From contig OZ241362.1 of NCBI GenBank assembly GCA_965200315.1, positions 768,001 to 832,000 on the forward strand: a DNA stretch of 64,000 nucleotides, read 5' to 3'. Numbering within the stretch: position 1 is the stretch's first letter; each line of letters begins with the position of its first letter. This document shows positions 19,323-29,466 of the stretch, piece after piece. The stretch comes from Candidatus Latescibacterota bacterium. Lineage in GTDB: Bacteria; Latescibacterota; UBA2968; UBA8231. A model generated the notes under the pieces. It worked only from the letters and a program-made list of their open reading frames with translations, was not told where the DNA came from and made no database searches. A program made the position numbers and the translations under genes.

Positions 19323-19449
19323 AGCCTACGGTCTCCTGTGCGAGAAAAGGTCGGACATAATTCTAGGCGGCGGTACATGCGCAGGCAAGCGGCCCGCTTT
19401 TAGCCGCTCCGTTTGGTCGCTCCAGATGCATCCATTACTTTAAAATTCC

Positions 19450-20235
19450 ATGAACAGTAAAGACTACCTACACGACCTCTTCGGCTGCCAAGGCCGCAAA
19501 GCCATCGTCACGGGGGCCTCCAGCGGCTTAGGCGCCGAACTAGCCCGCGTCCTCGTCTCGGCAGGAGCTGACGTCCTCGCTGTTGCCCGCCGCCGTGAGC
19601 GCCTCGAAGCACTCGCCCACGCCTTGCAAGACCGCGCCGGAACCATCCACGCACACGCGGCCGATCTCAGCGACCACGCCACCATCGCCGCCCTGCCCGA
19701 GCAAGTGGGCGAGCGACTCGGCGGCTGCGATATCTTGGTCGCCAATGCCGGCACAGCCACTCGCGTCCGCCTCGAAGATATGGCCGAGCAAGACTTTGCC
19801 GCGGTCGTCGACTTCAACCTCAAAGCCCAGTGGCTGCTCGCCAAAACCTGCTTCCCCTTGCTCCGCGAATCTGGTGCCGGCCGGATCGTCAATATCGCCT
19901 CGATCTACGGTTTGGGAGCCTCGGTAATCAACGGCCTGAGTGCCTACACAGTCAGCAAGCACGGACTCGTAGGACTGACGCGCTCGCAGGCCGTGGAATG
20001 GAGCAGACACAGCATCACTGCAAACGCCATCGCCCCCAGCTATTTTCCCACCGAAATGACCGAGACCGCCCTCGACAACGAGAAGATGAGCACTCGCCTG
20101 CGCACCTTTACGCCGCAGGGCCGCTTTGGCCAGCCCGCAGAGTTAGCCACTGCCCTGCTCTTTTTGTGCTCAAAGGCCAGTGGCTATGTCAACGGAACCA
20201 TTGTACCGGTGGACGGCGGCTGGACGGCGTGGTGA
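19450..20235 (+). CDS. SDR-family oxidoreductase
   Basis: TGASSGLG, NAG, YTVSK, VDGGW. Confidence 0.93.
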   Translation: MNSKDYLHDLFGCQGRKAIVTGASSGLGAELARVLVSAGADVLAVARRRERLEALAHALQDRAGTIHAHAADLSDHATIAALPEQVGERLGGCDILVANAGTATRVRLEDMAEQDFAAVVDFNLKAQWLLAKTCFPLLRESGAGRIVNIASIYGLGASVINGLSAYTVSKHGLVGLTRSQAVEWSRHSITANAIAPSYFPTEMTETALDNEKMSTRLRTFTPQGRFGQPAELATALLFLCSKASGYVNGTIVPVDGGWTAW

Positions 20236-20258
20236 TGTACGCCACTTAGGAATTGATT

Positions 20259-21243
20259 ATGAAAAAGCGAACCCTCGGCCGCACGGGGCTAGCCGTGAGT
20301 GAGCTGTCGCTCGGCGGGCTTTTTGTATCGTCCCATGGCGCGGCCTTTGCGCAGAGCAAACAGGCCGTGCTGCGAGCGCTCGAATTGGGAGTCAATTACA
20401 TCGATACCGCGCCGACCTATTTCGACAGCGAAGAGGTCTTGGGCGAGGCATTGGAATGCGTGGAAACGCCCTTTTACCTTTCGACCAAGATCGGGGGACG
20501 CCTTACCCCCTTCCGGCCGCAAGACCCCGCCTGCTTGCGGCGCTCGGTGGAGGAAAGCCTAGCGCGCCTCAAGCGCGACCGCGTCGATATCCTGATGGTC
20601 CACGAGCCAGACCGACCGCGGATGTACGATTGGTGGACAGACGAGGAATACAACGGCCCGGTGTTAGACGTTCTAGACGAACTCAAGCAGGAGGGCCTCG
20701 TCAATTACATCGGCCTCGGATATTACATCGGCCTACCACATCGATCCTATTATTCGCACGGGCCGCTTCGACATCCTGCTCACCGCTCTCAACTACAGCT
20801 TGCTCTGGCGCGAAGCCGCGCACTGCGCCTTGCCAGCGGCACACGAACACAACATGGGCATCGTCATCGGCTCGCCGCTGCAAATGGGTGCGCTGTCCCC
20901 GGCCCACGAGGAAGAAATACGGCGAGGGGTGCTATGGCTGAGTAAGCCGCGCCAGCAGCAGTTTTGCGCCCTCTACGACTTTGCCCGCGAAATCGGTATT
21001 TCCCTGCCCGAACTAAGCCTGCGCTTCGTACTCTCCGACCCGCACGTCGCCTGCGCCCTGATGGGAGCTCGCTCGCCGGCAGAGGTCGAAGAGAACGCCG
21101 CCGCGGTCGCCAACGGCCCCTTGAGCAGCGAAGTACTCGCCCGACTCGACGGGATCGCCGCCATGGTGCCCTTCCGACCTTGCGAAGAACCCTTCGTCCT
21201 GCCGCTAGGCCGGGCGTACGCTGGGCTGGGACAGGCCCGATAG
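20259..21243 (+). pseudogene. Aldo/keto reductase, frameshifted near 20720
   Basis: LGRTGLAVSELSLG, IDTAPTY, STK, MVHEPD. After GLG one extra base; the next frame continues ITSAYHIDPIIRTGRFDILL...GSPLQMG...GARSPAEVEEN. Confidence 0.85.
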
Positions 21244-21250
21244 AGATCGC

Positions 21251-21967
21251 TTAAACCGGCGGCGCTTCCAAAAAGACGCGCACTCCCATATCGGCATAGC
21301 GCGACCGGCTCTCGGCCGTGCCATTGCGAAAACAGACCGCAGTCTCTGTACCCTGCAAGGCTGCGACCACGTGGCGTACGCAATCATCGACGCTTTTGAG
21401 ATGGGGATGCCCCCGGTGATTTAGGTCCATCTGCAAGTCCGTGGGGCCAAAAGAGAGGCAATCGACCCCAGGCCGCGCCAAACTGAATGCACTGGTCGCG
21501 GCCGCTACCGATTCGACTTGCAGCCACAGCACCCCGTACTGGTTCCACCAATCCGCATACGCTTGGGGGCCGCTGCTCGTGTCGCCGACGCGGGCACCGC
21601 CGCCGTGGCTGCGCACCCCTTGCGGCAAGTAATAGAAATTGGCCACCGCCTCTTCAGCGGTCGCCACGGTCTCCACCTGCGGCACTTCAATCCCCGAAGG
21701 CCCCAAGTCCAAGCAGTTGCCGATCAGATAGGTGTGGCGCGTGTGCTTGATGCGAAAGTGCAGCGGCAGGTCGAACTCCCCGGCCATGCTCGCCAACGCG
21801 ACCAAGCGGGCTTCGCTATAGGGCGAGTGCTGGCTATCGACAAAGACGAAATCGCACGCGCCCAACTCGGCGATGCGCTTGAATGCGTCGCGCTCAATGT
21901 CGCCGCGGATGCCAAACCCCACTACCTGTTCGCCCCGCTTGATCTTCTGCTTCAAATTCGCTGCCAT
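21251..21967 (-). CDS. HpcH/HpaI aldolase family protein
   Basis: DFVFVDSQHS, LDLGPSGIEVPQV, QVES, SFGPTDL. Confidence 0.85.
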   Translation of the reverse strand: MAANLKQKIKRGEQVVGFGIRGDIERDAFKRIAELGACDFVFVDSQHSPYSEARLVALASMAGEFDLPLHFRIKHTRHTYLIGNCLDLGPSGIEVPQVETVATAEEAVANFYYLPQGVRSHGGGARVGDTSSGPQAYADWWNQYGVLWLQVESVAAATSAFSLARPGVDCLSFGPTDLQMDLNHRGHPHLKSVDDCVRHVVAALQGTETAVCFRNGTAESRSRYADMGVRVFLEAPPV

Positions 21968-22003
21968 GCTCGCGTCTCCTTTAAGAGAGTGCCAATGCCT
22001 CGG

Positions 22004-22885
22004 TTAGGCGTACAGTCCGAATAGGCTAGCCACCAGCCAGAGCAAGGTATTTATCTGCAAAGGCCGATCACTCCAGACGACTGCCGTCGGGTCGTCCCCC
22101 TGCCCCCGGTGATACACTAGATAGAGATAGCGCAACACGCCGTAGAGCACAAAAGGGATCGTCCACTGCATTTGTGTGCCCTCTGCACCCATCCCCATCG
22201 CGTATAGCGCGTAGCAGACTATGGTCACGGCTGTGAGGACGGCGATCATCTGGTCGAGAAAAGGCACGCTGTATTCTTCGAGGATAGCGCGGTGATCCGC
22301 GGCCTCATCCGCCAGTTGCACGAGCTCCTGCCGACGCTTGACCGCCGCCATGAGGAGCACCAAGGCAAAGATACAGACGATAAACCACGTGGAAATAGAC
22401 ACCTCAATGACCACGCCGCCGCCGACAGCGCGCAGCAGGTAACACGCCGCCACGATCAGCACATCCACCAACACCACCTGCTTGAGCCGAAGCGAGTACG
22501 CCGCGTTGAGCGCCGCGTAGAGCACGGCTACCCATCCCAAATGAGGATGCAGCCAAAACGCGCCGGCCAACGCAAGGACCAACGCGACCAAAGCCGCCCC
22601 CCAAGCCAACGCAACCGACAGGTGGCCAGCGGCAATCGGCCGATGGCACTTTTGGGGATGCAGGCGATCGTACTGGCGGTCGAAGATGTCGTTGAACAAA
22701 TAGACGCCTCCGCTCAGCAAGACGAAGCAGAGGGCCGCCCCTAAGCTGCGGACTAGGTTGGGAACTTCAAATAGATGTTCGGAAAAAACGAGGGCGGGAA
22801 AAACGAAGACATTCTTGATCCACTGCCGGGGGCGCATGGACCACAGGATGTAGTAGAGCAACAAAACGGGGCTATGCTTCTGCAC
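22004..22885 (-). CDS. UbiA-family decaprenyl-phosphate phosphoribosyltransferase-like protein
   Basis: MRPRQWIKN, YLFNDIFD...DRLHPQK..RPIAAG, KRRQEL, multiple TMs. Confidence 0.85.
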   Translation of the reverse strand: MQKHSPVLLLYYILWSMRPRQWIKNVFVFPALVFSEHLFEVPNLVRSLGAALCFVLLSGGVYLFNDIFDRQYDRLHPQKCHRPIAAGHLSVALAWGAALVALVLALAGAFWLHPHLGWVAVLYAALNAAYSLRLKQVVLVDVLIVAACYLLRAVGGGVVIEVSISTWFIVCIFALVLLMAAVKRRQELVQLADEAADHRAILEEYSVPFLDQMIAVLTAVTIVCYALYAMGMGAEGTQMQWTIPFVLYGVLRYLYLVYHRGQGDDPTAVVWSDRPLQINTLLWLVASLFGLYA

Positions 22886-22905
22886 AACCGGAGAGCAGGG
22901 GCCGT

Positions 22906-23466
22906 TCAGACCTCCATGATCTCCTTTTCCTTGTTCTCGATGATCCCGTCAATGGAGGCCACGTATTCAGCAGTCAACTCCTGCACCCTTTTCTGCGCGC
23001 TGCGCGACTCGTCTTCGGAGATATCCCCGTCCTTTTGTGCTTCTTGGAGCAAGTCTATCCCGTCGCGCCGCGCATGGCGCACTGCGACCCGCCCTTCTTC
23101 GGCGCGATGCCGGGCGACTTTGGTGATTTCTACCCGCCGCTCCTCGGTCAGTTCGGGAATGGGCAGTCGGATGATGGCGCCGTCGTTGGCCGGGTTGAGC
23201 CCTAAGCTCTTGTCGAGGAGAATGGCCTTCTCAATCACGGGAATCAAGGTCGCCTCCCAAGGCTTGATCGCCAACAAGCGCGGCTCGGGGACGCTGATCG
23301 TCGCCACCTGATTGAGCGGAGTCTGTTGGCCGTAGTAATCCACCCGCACGTTGTCGAGCATGGCGGCCGAGGCCCGCCCCGTGCGAATAGAGGCTAAGTC
23401 GCGATGCAGGGACTCAATGGCCTTATCCATAGCCTCTTTTACTGTTTCAAGGACCTCTTCCAACAT
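22906..23466 (-). CDS. frr: Ribosome recycling factor
   Basis: IRTGRA, VDYYG, PELTEERR, KEKEIMEV. Confidence 0.97.
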   Translation of the reverse strand: MLEEVLETVKEAMDKAIESLHRDLASIRTGRASAAMLDNVRVDYYGQQTPLNQVATISVPEPRLLAIKPWEATLIPVIEKAILLDKSLGLNPANDGAIIRLPIPELTEERRVEITKVARHRAEEGRVAVRHARRDGIDLLQEAQKDGDISEDESRSAQKRVQELTAEYVASIDGIIENKEKEIMEV

Positions 23467-23484
23467 GGCGGCCTCAATGTATTT

Positions 23485-24087
23485 TCAGGCGTCTTCTCCT
23501 AAGACGAACCGCTCAAAGCGACGCACGGTAATTTTCTCGCCGATTTTCGCGGTTATCGCGGTGACTAATTCGCTAATGGTCTGGTCGGGATTTTTGACGA
23601 AGACCTGTTCCATCAGGCAATTTTCCTGATAGAACTTCTCCATGCGGCCCTCGACGATTTTCGCGGCAATATGCTCGGGCTTACCTTCGTTTTTGGCCTG
23701 TTCGAGAAAGATGGCTCGCTCCCTTTCCACGGCATCGGCAGGAATGCCCTCCCGCTCGACTGCCAAAGGCTGAGAGGCGGCAATGTGCATGGCCACATCC
23801 TTGGCGAACTCTTGGAAGTCGTCGGTGCGAGCGACGAAGTCGGTTTCGCAGTTGACCTCTACCAGCACGCCGAGGCGACTGCCCTGGTGAATATACGCTT
23901 GGATCAGGCCCTCACTGGCGTCGCGGCCGGCCCGCTTCTCCACCGCGGACAGGCCCTGCTTGCGCAAGTACTCAATGGCCTTTTCGCTGTCGCCGCCGGT
24001 TTCTTGCAGGGCTTTCTTGCAATCCATCATGCCCAAGCCCGTCTTCTCCCGGAGCATTCGTACGCTTTGTGCGGTAATCTGAGTCAT
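23485..24087 (-). CDS. tsf: Elongation factor Ts (short form)
   Basis: LREKTGLGMMDCKKAL, EVNCETDFVA. Confidence 0.97.
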   Translation of the reverse strand: MTQITAQSVRMLREKTGLGMMDCKKALQETGGDSEKAIEYLRKQGLSAVEKRAGRDASEGLIQAYIHQGSRLGVLVEVNCETDFVARTDDFQEFAKDVAMHIAASQPLAVEREGIPADAVERERAIFLEQAKNEGKPEHIAAKIVEGRMEKFYQENCLMEQVFVKNPDQTISELVTAITAKIGEKITVRRFERFVLGEDA

Positions 24088-24118
24088 CGTCGTTTGCTTT
24101 CAAAAGTAGTTGGTCTAG

Positions 24119-24880
24119 CTATGCAGTGGCCGCGGCTACATCCGCCGGGGCCTCTTCGGCCTTTTGCTTGTCGTCGCGCGCCGCTTTTTCGGCTTCGGCT
24201 TCGGCCCTACCCTCAACCACCGCGTCGGCGATGAGGCGCGTGATGAGGGCGATCGAGCGGATGGCATCGTCGTTGCCGGGAATCGGATAGGTCACCAAGT
24301 CGGGATCGCAGTTGGTATCGACGATGGCCACGCAGGGGATACCGAGCTTGGCGGCCTCGCGCACGGCGATGTGCTCCTTCTTGATGTCTATGATAACAAC
24401 CAAGCCGGGCAGACCGCCCATGTTGCGGATGCCGGCCAAGGTTCGCTGGAGCCGGGCGCGCGCTTTTTCGAGCAGCAGGACTTCTTTTTTCTTGAGATTC
24501 TCGTAGGTGCCGTCGCTCGAGATGCGGTCGAGATGCTCTAGGTGCTCGATGCTTTGGCGGATGGTCTGCCAGTTGGTCAACATCCCGCCGAGCCAGCGCT
24601 CGGTGACGTAAAACATGCCACAGCGCTCGGCTTCTTGGCGCACGAGTTCGGCGGCCTGTTTCTTCGTGCCGACAAAGAACACGGCGCGCCCGGCGCGCAC
24701 CGTCTGGCGCACGGCCTCGCAAGCGGCCTCGACCTTGCCGACCGTCTTTTGCAGGTCAATAATGTGGATGCCGTTGCGCTCGGTGAAGATGTAGGGCCGC
24801 ATCTTGGGATTCCAACGCCGGGTCTGGTGCCCGAAGTGGGTCCCCGCTTCCAGCAAGTCGCGGATAGTGAAGTCAGCCAT
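24119..24880 (-). CDS. rpsB: 30S ribosomal protein S2
   Basis: [29 protein letters not shown]. Confidence 0.98.
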   Translation of the reverse strand: MADFTIRDLLEAGTHFGHQTRRWNPKMRPYIFTERNGIHIIDLQKTVGKVEAACEAVRQTVRAGRAVFFVGTKKQAAELVRQEAERCGMFYVTERWLGGMLTNWQTIRQSIEHLEHLDRISSDGTYENLKKKEVLLLEKARARLQRTLAGIRNMGGLPGLVVIIDIKKEHIAVREAAKLGIPCVAIVDTNCDPDLVTYPIPGNDDAIRSIALITRLIADAVVEGRAEAEAEKAARDDKQKAEEAPADVAAATA

Positions 24881-24884
24881 GATC

Positions 24885-24995
24885 GCTCCTCAGTGTTAGT
24901 TGGGCCTCCGCCTCCTTCATCTACACACAGAAACCCCGCAGACGCCGAACGCCCACGGGACACTCTCTGTCGTGCATCGGGAAGCGTGTGTATTG
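24885..24995 (-). ncRNA. Probable rpsB (S2) leader cis-regulatory RNA
   Basis: Minus strand ACACACG...GGGGU...GGAGGC upstream of the RBS, resembling S2 autoregulatory leaders. Confidence 0.5.
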
Positions 24996-25003
24996 GAATG
25001 GAA

Positions 25004-25396
25004 CTAGCGCTTGGAGAATTGGAAACGCTTGCGCGCGCCGGCCAATCCGTACTTTTTGCGCTCTTTCTCGCGGGCGTCGCGTGTCAAAAAGCCGCCTTTC
25101 TTCAACGCTTCCCGCTTCTGAGCGTCGTACTGCACCAAGGCGCGGGCAATGCCCAAACTCGCGGCACCAGCTTGACCGCGCAGGCCGCCGCCACGGGTGG
25201 AAATGTGGATGTCGAAAGTGTGTCGCGTCTCGGTCAGATCCAGAGGCTGCACGAGGATCATCTCCAAAGAATCTCGGCGCAGGTACTCGCTGACCGCGCG
25301 ACCGTTCATGTAAATGCTGCCATTGCCGAGCTGCATGCGCACTCGGGCGACCGAGGTCTTTCTGCGACCGGTCGCTTCATAGCTTTCTAAGGGCAT
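25004..25396 (-). CDS. rpsI: 30S ribosomal protein S9
   Basis: GRRKTSVARV, GGG..GQAGA, ERKKYG...QFSKR. Confidence 0.98.
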   Translation of the reverse strand: MPLESYEATGRRKTSVARVRMQLGNGSIYMNGRAVSEYLRRDSLEMILVQPLDLTETRHTFDIHISTRGGGLRGQAGAASLGIARALVQYDAQKREALKKGGFLTRDAREKERKKYGLAGARKRFQFSKR

Positions 25397-25414
25397 GGGC
25401 GCGTTGCCTTTGGC

Positions 25415-25849
25415 TTAAAGTTCGAGAGGCTGGGGGTTTTGCGCTTGGTGCCGGTGTTCGCCGCCGGCATAAATGCGGAGCTTCTTTAGCTGCATCCGGC
25501 CCAATTTGGTGTGCGGCAGCATACCCCGCACGGCCTTGCGGATGATGCGGTCGGGATGCCGTTCGGCCATGCGGCTGTAGGGAGTGACCCGCAAGCCACC
25601 TGGATAGCCGGTGTGGCGGTAATAGACCTTTTTTTCGGCCTTGTTACCCGTGACGCGCACCTTGTCGGCATTAATCACAATGACGTGGTCGCCCACATCG
25701 GCATGTGGGGCATATTCGGGCTTGCCCTTGCCGCGCAGCACTTGGGCGATTTCCGAAGCCAGCCGCCCTAGTACCTTGTCAGTGGCATCAATCACAAACC
25801 ACTGCCGCTTGATTTCGCCCGCTTTAGGGGCGTAAGTAATGTCGTTCAT
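25415..25849 (-). CDS. rplM: 50S ribosomal protein L13
   Basis: WFVIDA...LGRLAS, YYRHTGYPGG, VRGMLP. Confidence 0.98.
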   Translation of the reverse strand: MNDITYAPKAGEIKRQWFVIDATDKVLGRLASEIAQVLRGKGKPEYAPHADVGDHVIVINADKVRVTGNKAEKKVYYRHTGYPGGLRVTPYSRMAERHPDRIIRKAVRGMLPHTKLGRMQLKKLRIYAGGEHRHQAQNPQPLEL

Positions 25850-25905
25850 CGTCTTTTCTCAGATTATATAGAAATCGTTTAACCTAAGCCCTCTATTCCC
25901 ACTTG

Positions 25906-26514
25906 TCAAGACTGGTCGGCCCGTCGCTTGCGCCACCAGCGCCAAGTTAGCGCGGCCCCTACCAAGCACAGGATGCCCACCAATAATCTATTGTATTGTG
26001 CGAGCAGGTCCGCGACCTGTTCCCAGTTTTCACCCACCAAAATTCCGACGTAAAGCAGCAATCCATTCCAAGCTGCCATGCTAATCGCGCCGCAGAGCGC
26101 GACAATCGGCCAAGGCATGCGTCCCAGACCGGCACCGATGGCGATGACCGACCGAATGCCGCTTAAAAATCGGTTGCCTAAAATGAGCACGACTCCGTAG
26201 CGACTGAGCCACTGCTCGGCTTGGGCTAGCTTTGCCGTGCCCCGACGACCTGCGAAAAAGGCGTGCCCCCGGCTATAGCCCAAATAGTACATGGCTAAAA
26301 AGCCGGCCATGCCCCCGACACAAGTAGCAAAAAAAACCGGCCATATATCCAAGAGGCCGCGCCCCACCAAATAGGCGCTAAACACCACCACCGTATCGCC
26401 CGGTATAGGTGGCACAATGTTTTCCAAAAAGGCGCTAAGCAACAAAATGCCATAGGCCCACAGTGGATCAACGCCAGACAGGGCCGCGAGCAGAGAATCC
26501 AAATAGGCCGCCAT
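25906..26514 (-). CDS. DedA family membrane protein
   Basis: FLENIVPPIPGD, NRFLSGIR. Confidence 0.9.
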   Translation of the reverse strand: MAAYLDSLLAALSGVDPLWAYGILLLSAFLENIVPPIPGDTVVVFSAYLVGRGLLDIWPVFFATCVGGMAGFLAMYYLGYSRGHAFFAGRRGTAKLAQAEQWLSRYGVVLILGNRFLSGIRSVIAIGAGLGRMPWPIVALCGAISMAAWNGLLLYVGILVGENWEQVADLLAQYNRLLVGILCLVGAALTWRWWRKRRADQS

Positions 26515-26517
26515 GCT

Positions 26518-27684
26518 TTATAGCTCCAAAAGGGCCACGGCTTGGGCCTCCATACCTTCCTCGCGCCCGACAAACCCCAAGTGTTCAGTCGTGGTGGCCT
26601 TGAGCGAAACCTGCCCCATCTCTAGGCCCAAGGTCGCCGCTAGCGCTTGGCGCATCGCAGCTATGTGTGGCGCGAGCTTGGGCTGTTGGGCTGCGACGAC
26701 GGCGTCGATGTGCAGGACCCGCGCCCCTCGTTCCGCTATCAGGGTGCCGACCTGCTTGAGCAGCACTAAGCTCGATATATCCTTGTATTGCTCGTCCGAG
26801 TCGGGAAAGAGCTGGCCGATATCCCCGGCCGCCAAGGAACCCAAGAGCGCGTCGATTATGGCATGCGTCAGCACATCCGCGTCTGAGTGGCCCGCCAACC
26901 CCCGGTCAAAAGGCACGACGACTCCACCCAAAATTAGGGGCCGCCCTTCCTCCAAGCGATGCACGTCGTAGCCCTGTCCTATGCGCAAGCTCATAGTAGG
27001 GACCTCCTCCCTTGCACGCACTCGCCACTCGGCCCAAGCCAAATCCTCGGGCGTGGTGAGCTTGCGGTTGTCGGCGTCGCCGGGTACGACGCAGACTGTG
27101 TGGCCTATCCGCTCGATCAGCGCGGCGTCGTCCGTGGCCACCGCATCGGGCCCGGCCGCGTGGTATGCCCTCAGAAGCAACTCGCGGTCAAAGCCCTGTG
27201 GGGTCTGCGCCTGCCACAGCCGCTCGCGACGCGGCGTACCCACGACCCGACCGCCGGCCACTTCCTTGATCGTCTCTGCCACTGGCAAAGCAGGCAGTGC
27301 CGCTCCGTGCTCGCGGGTGGCGGCTACCACCCGCTCCAGCAGCCCTTCCGAAATAAACGGCCGCACGGCGTCGTGAACCAAGACCATATCGGCGCGGGTC
27401 TCCTGTAGGCCCTGATACACGGATGCACTGCGCTCAGCCCCCCCGGGCACGAAAGCGGCGATTTTGCCAAAGCCTCCTCCCTCGCGCAATTGGCTGCGGC
27501 AATAGTCCATGTCCTCGCGCCGCACGACCAAGACGATATCAGAAACCAGCGGGCTAGCTTCGAGACGCACGAGCACGTGCCAGAGTACGGGCCGCCCCCC
27601 TAACGGGAGGTACTGTTTGGGCCGATCGGCTCCCATGCGCTGCCCCCGACCGCCGGCCGGAATGATGGCGGTTATATTTTCCAC
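26518..27684 (-). CDS. ispDF: Bifunctional IspD/IspF (MEP pathway)
   Basis: [24 protein letters not shown]; then [22 protein letters not shown]. Confidence 0.95.
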   Translation of the reverse strand: MENITAIIPAGGRGQRMGADRPKQYLPLGGRPVLWHVLVRLEASPLVSDIVLVVRREDMDYCRSQLREGGGFGKIAAFVPGGAERSASVYQGLQETRADMVLVHDAVRPFISEGLLERVVAATREHGAALPALPVAETIKEVAGGRVVGTPRRERLWQAQTPQGFDRELLLRAYHAAGPDAVATDDAALIERIGHTVCVVPGDADNRKLTTPEDLAWAEWRVRAREEVPTMSLRIGQGYDVHRLEEGRPLILGGVVVPFDRGLAGHSDADVLTHAIIDALLGSLAAGDIGQLFPDSDEQYKDISSLVLLKQVGTLIAERGARVLHIDAVVAAQQPKLAPHIAAMRQALAATLGLEMGQVSLKATTTEHLGFVGREEGMEAQAVALLEL

Positions 27685-27688
27685 GATC

Positions 27689-28717
27689 TCACACGATCAT
27701 CATGGCATCGCCATAGCTGTAAAAGCGATAGCCCCGCTCTATGGCCTCGCGGTAGGCGGCCAAAAGCCGTTCCCGCCCGACAAACGCCGCCACGAGCAAT
27801 AACAGACTCGAGCGCGGCAAGTGAAAGTTCGTCACCAACGCATCGACTGCCTTGAATGCGTAGGGCGGATAGATAAAAGCATTTGCCAATCCCTCGCAGG
27901 CACCCACATGGCCCTCGGCATTGACGCTCGACTCCAAGGTCCGCACCACGGTAGTACCGACGGCGACGATGCGTCCACCGGCCGCGTGGCAACGCCTGAG
28001 CGCGGCCGCCACTGGCTCGTCGATTTCGCAGTATTCAGACTCGAGTACATGTTGGCGCGGGTCAGCGTAGCGCACCGGCTCGAACGTGCCCGGCCCCACG
28101 TGCAAAAGTACCTTTAAGACAGCCACACCCTTGGCAGCAATCTCAGCGATTAACTGAGGGGTAAAGTGCAAGCCAGCCGTGGGCGCGGCAACGGCTCCTG
28201 GGCGCGCCGCATAAACAGTCTGATAGCGCTCTCGGTCCCCAGCCTCGGGCGGCCGCCGAATATAGGGAGGCAGCGGTATTTCCCCGATCTCTTCCAGACG
28301 CGCCAGCACGTCCTCGACGGCAAAGCGTACGCGGAACCTCCCCGGCGCGAGCTGATCGACGATGTGCGCTTCCACCGCTCCGTCGCCAAACTCCAACCGC
28401 GTCTTTGGTTTTAAGCCCCGCCCCGGCCGCCCCATCGCCAGCCAATCGCCCGCAGCTAGCGGCCTGAGCAGCAGCAGCTCAACCCGACCTCCAGTAGCGG
28501 TTTTACGGCCCCGGAGCCGAGCCGGTACGACCTGTGTTTGATTTAATACGAGGGCGTCGCCGGGCGCGAGCTGATCGACGATGGCAGCAAAATGCAGGTG
28601 CTGCAATGAACCATCCGCCCGGTTTAGGAGCAAAAGGCGCGCTTGATCGCGCTCGGGCGGCGGGCGTTGGGCGATCAGGGCATCGGGCAGGTCAAAATCG
28701 TAGTCCACCAGTTGCAT
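27689..28717 (-). CDS. queA: S-adenosylmethionine:tRNA ribosyltransferase-isomerase
   Basis: [35 protein letters not shown]. Confidence 0.96.
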   Translation of the reverse strand: MQLVDYDFDLPDALIAQRPPPERDQARLLLLNRADGSLQHLHFAAIVDQLAPGDALVLNQTQVVPARLRGRKTATGGRVELLLLRPLAAGDWLAMGRPGRGLKPKTRLEFGDGAVEAHIVDQLAPGRFRVRFAVEDVLARLEEIGEIPLPPYIRRPPEAGDRERYQTVYAARPGAVAAPTAGLHFTPQLIAEIAAKGVAVLKVLLHVGPGTFEPVRYADPRQHVLESEYCEIDEPVAAALRRCHAAGGRIVAVGTTVVRTLESSVNAEGHVGACEGLANAFIYPPYAFKAVDALVTNFHLPRSSLLLLVAAFVGRERLLAAYREAIERGYRFYSYGDAMMIV

Positions 28718-28731
28718 TGAGCGGTGCCAAC

Positions 28732-29439
28732 CTATCCCCGAGACCGCGTAGGACGCCACCGCGCATAGCGGAAAATGGTCCAGAGAATTTTGTATCCGGC
28801 CCGCAGCGTACCGCCGAGCGTACCGGTGATCTTGGAGGTGCCGATGCGGCGGCGATAGCGCACGGGCACTTCGGCTGTGCGCAGGCCCAGCCGAGCGGCT
28901 TTGACCTGCATCTCTGCGGTCCAGCCAAAGTTGCGGTCCTGCATCTCTAACCGCATGAGCACTTCGTAGCGCAATGCGCGAAAAGGCCCCAAATCCGTAA
29001 AAGAGACGCCAAACAACAGGCGGATTAAAAAGGTGGCCAACCAGTTGCCAAAGCGAGCCTGCGGCAAAAGAGCCCCCTTTTCTCGCTGGCCCAAGACCCG
29101 AGAACCAATGACCATATCGGCACCGTCTGCGATGATCGGTTTTACTAGAGCCAGCATGTCCTCGGGGTAATCGCTGTAATCGCCGTCGAGAAAGACGACG
29201 ATATCCGGGCCATCAAGGTGGGCCATGCCCGCCAGACAGGCCTGACCGTAGCCGCGGCGCGGCTCGCCGACGACGCAGGCACCCAAGCGGCGGGCCACCT
29301 CGGCGGTGCGGTCGGCCGATCCATTATCAACGACGATAATCTGCTGTGCGATATCTGGTATGTCTTGCAGAACCTTGCCGATGGCTTCTTCTTCGTCGCA
29401 GGCGGGAATGACGACGGCAATAACAGGCGGCGAGTCCAT
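28732..29439 (-). CDS. Glycosyltransferase family 2
   Basis: VVDNGSADRT, GYGQAC, FLDGD, DLGPFRA, GWTAEMQ. Confidence 0.92.
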   Translation of the reverse strand: MDSPPVIAVVIPACDEEEAIGKVLQDIPDIAQQIIVVDNGSADRTAEVARRLGACVVGEPRRGYGQACLAGMAHLDGPDIVVFLDGDYSDYPEDMLALVKPIIADGADMVIGSRVLGQREKGALLPQARFGNWLATFLIRLLFGVSFTDLGPFRALRYEVLMRLEMQDRNFGWTAEMQVKAARLGLRTAEVPVRYRRRIGTSKITGTLGGTLRAGYKILWTIFRYARWRPTRSRG

Positions 29440-29466
29440 GCGCTGGTACTGCAGGTGAAGTGCTGT

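Noticed and set aside
26518-27684. IspD-IspF and CobA-HemD fusions, and the short EF-Ts, as novelties
   Set aside because: All are well-documented variants in several bacterial lineages.
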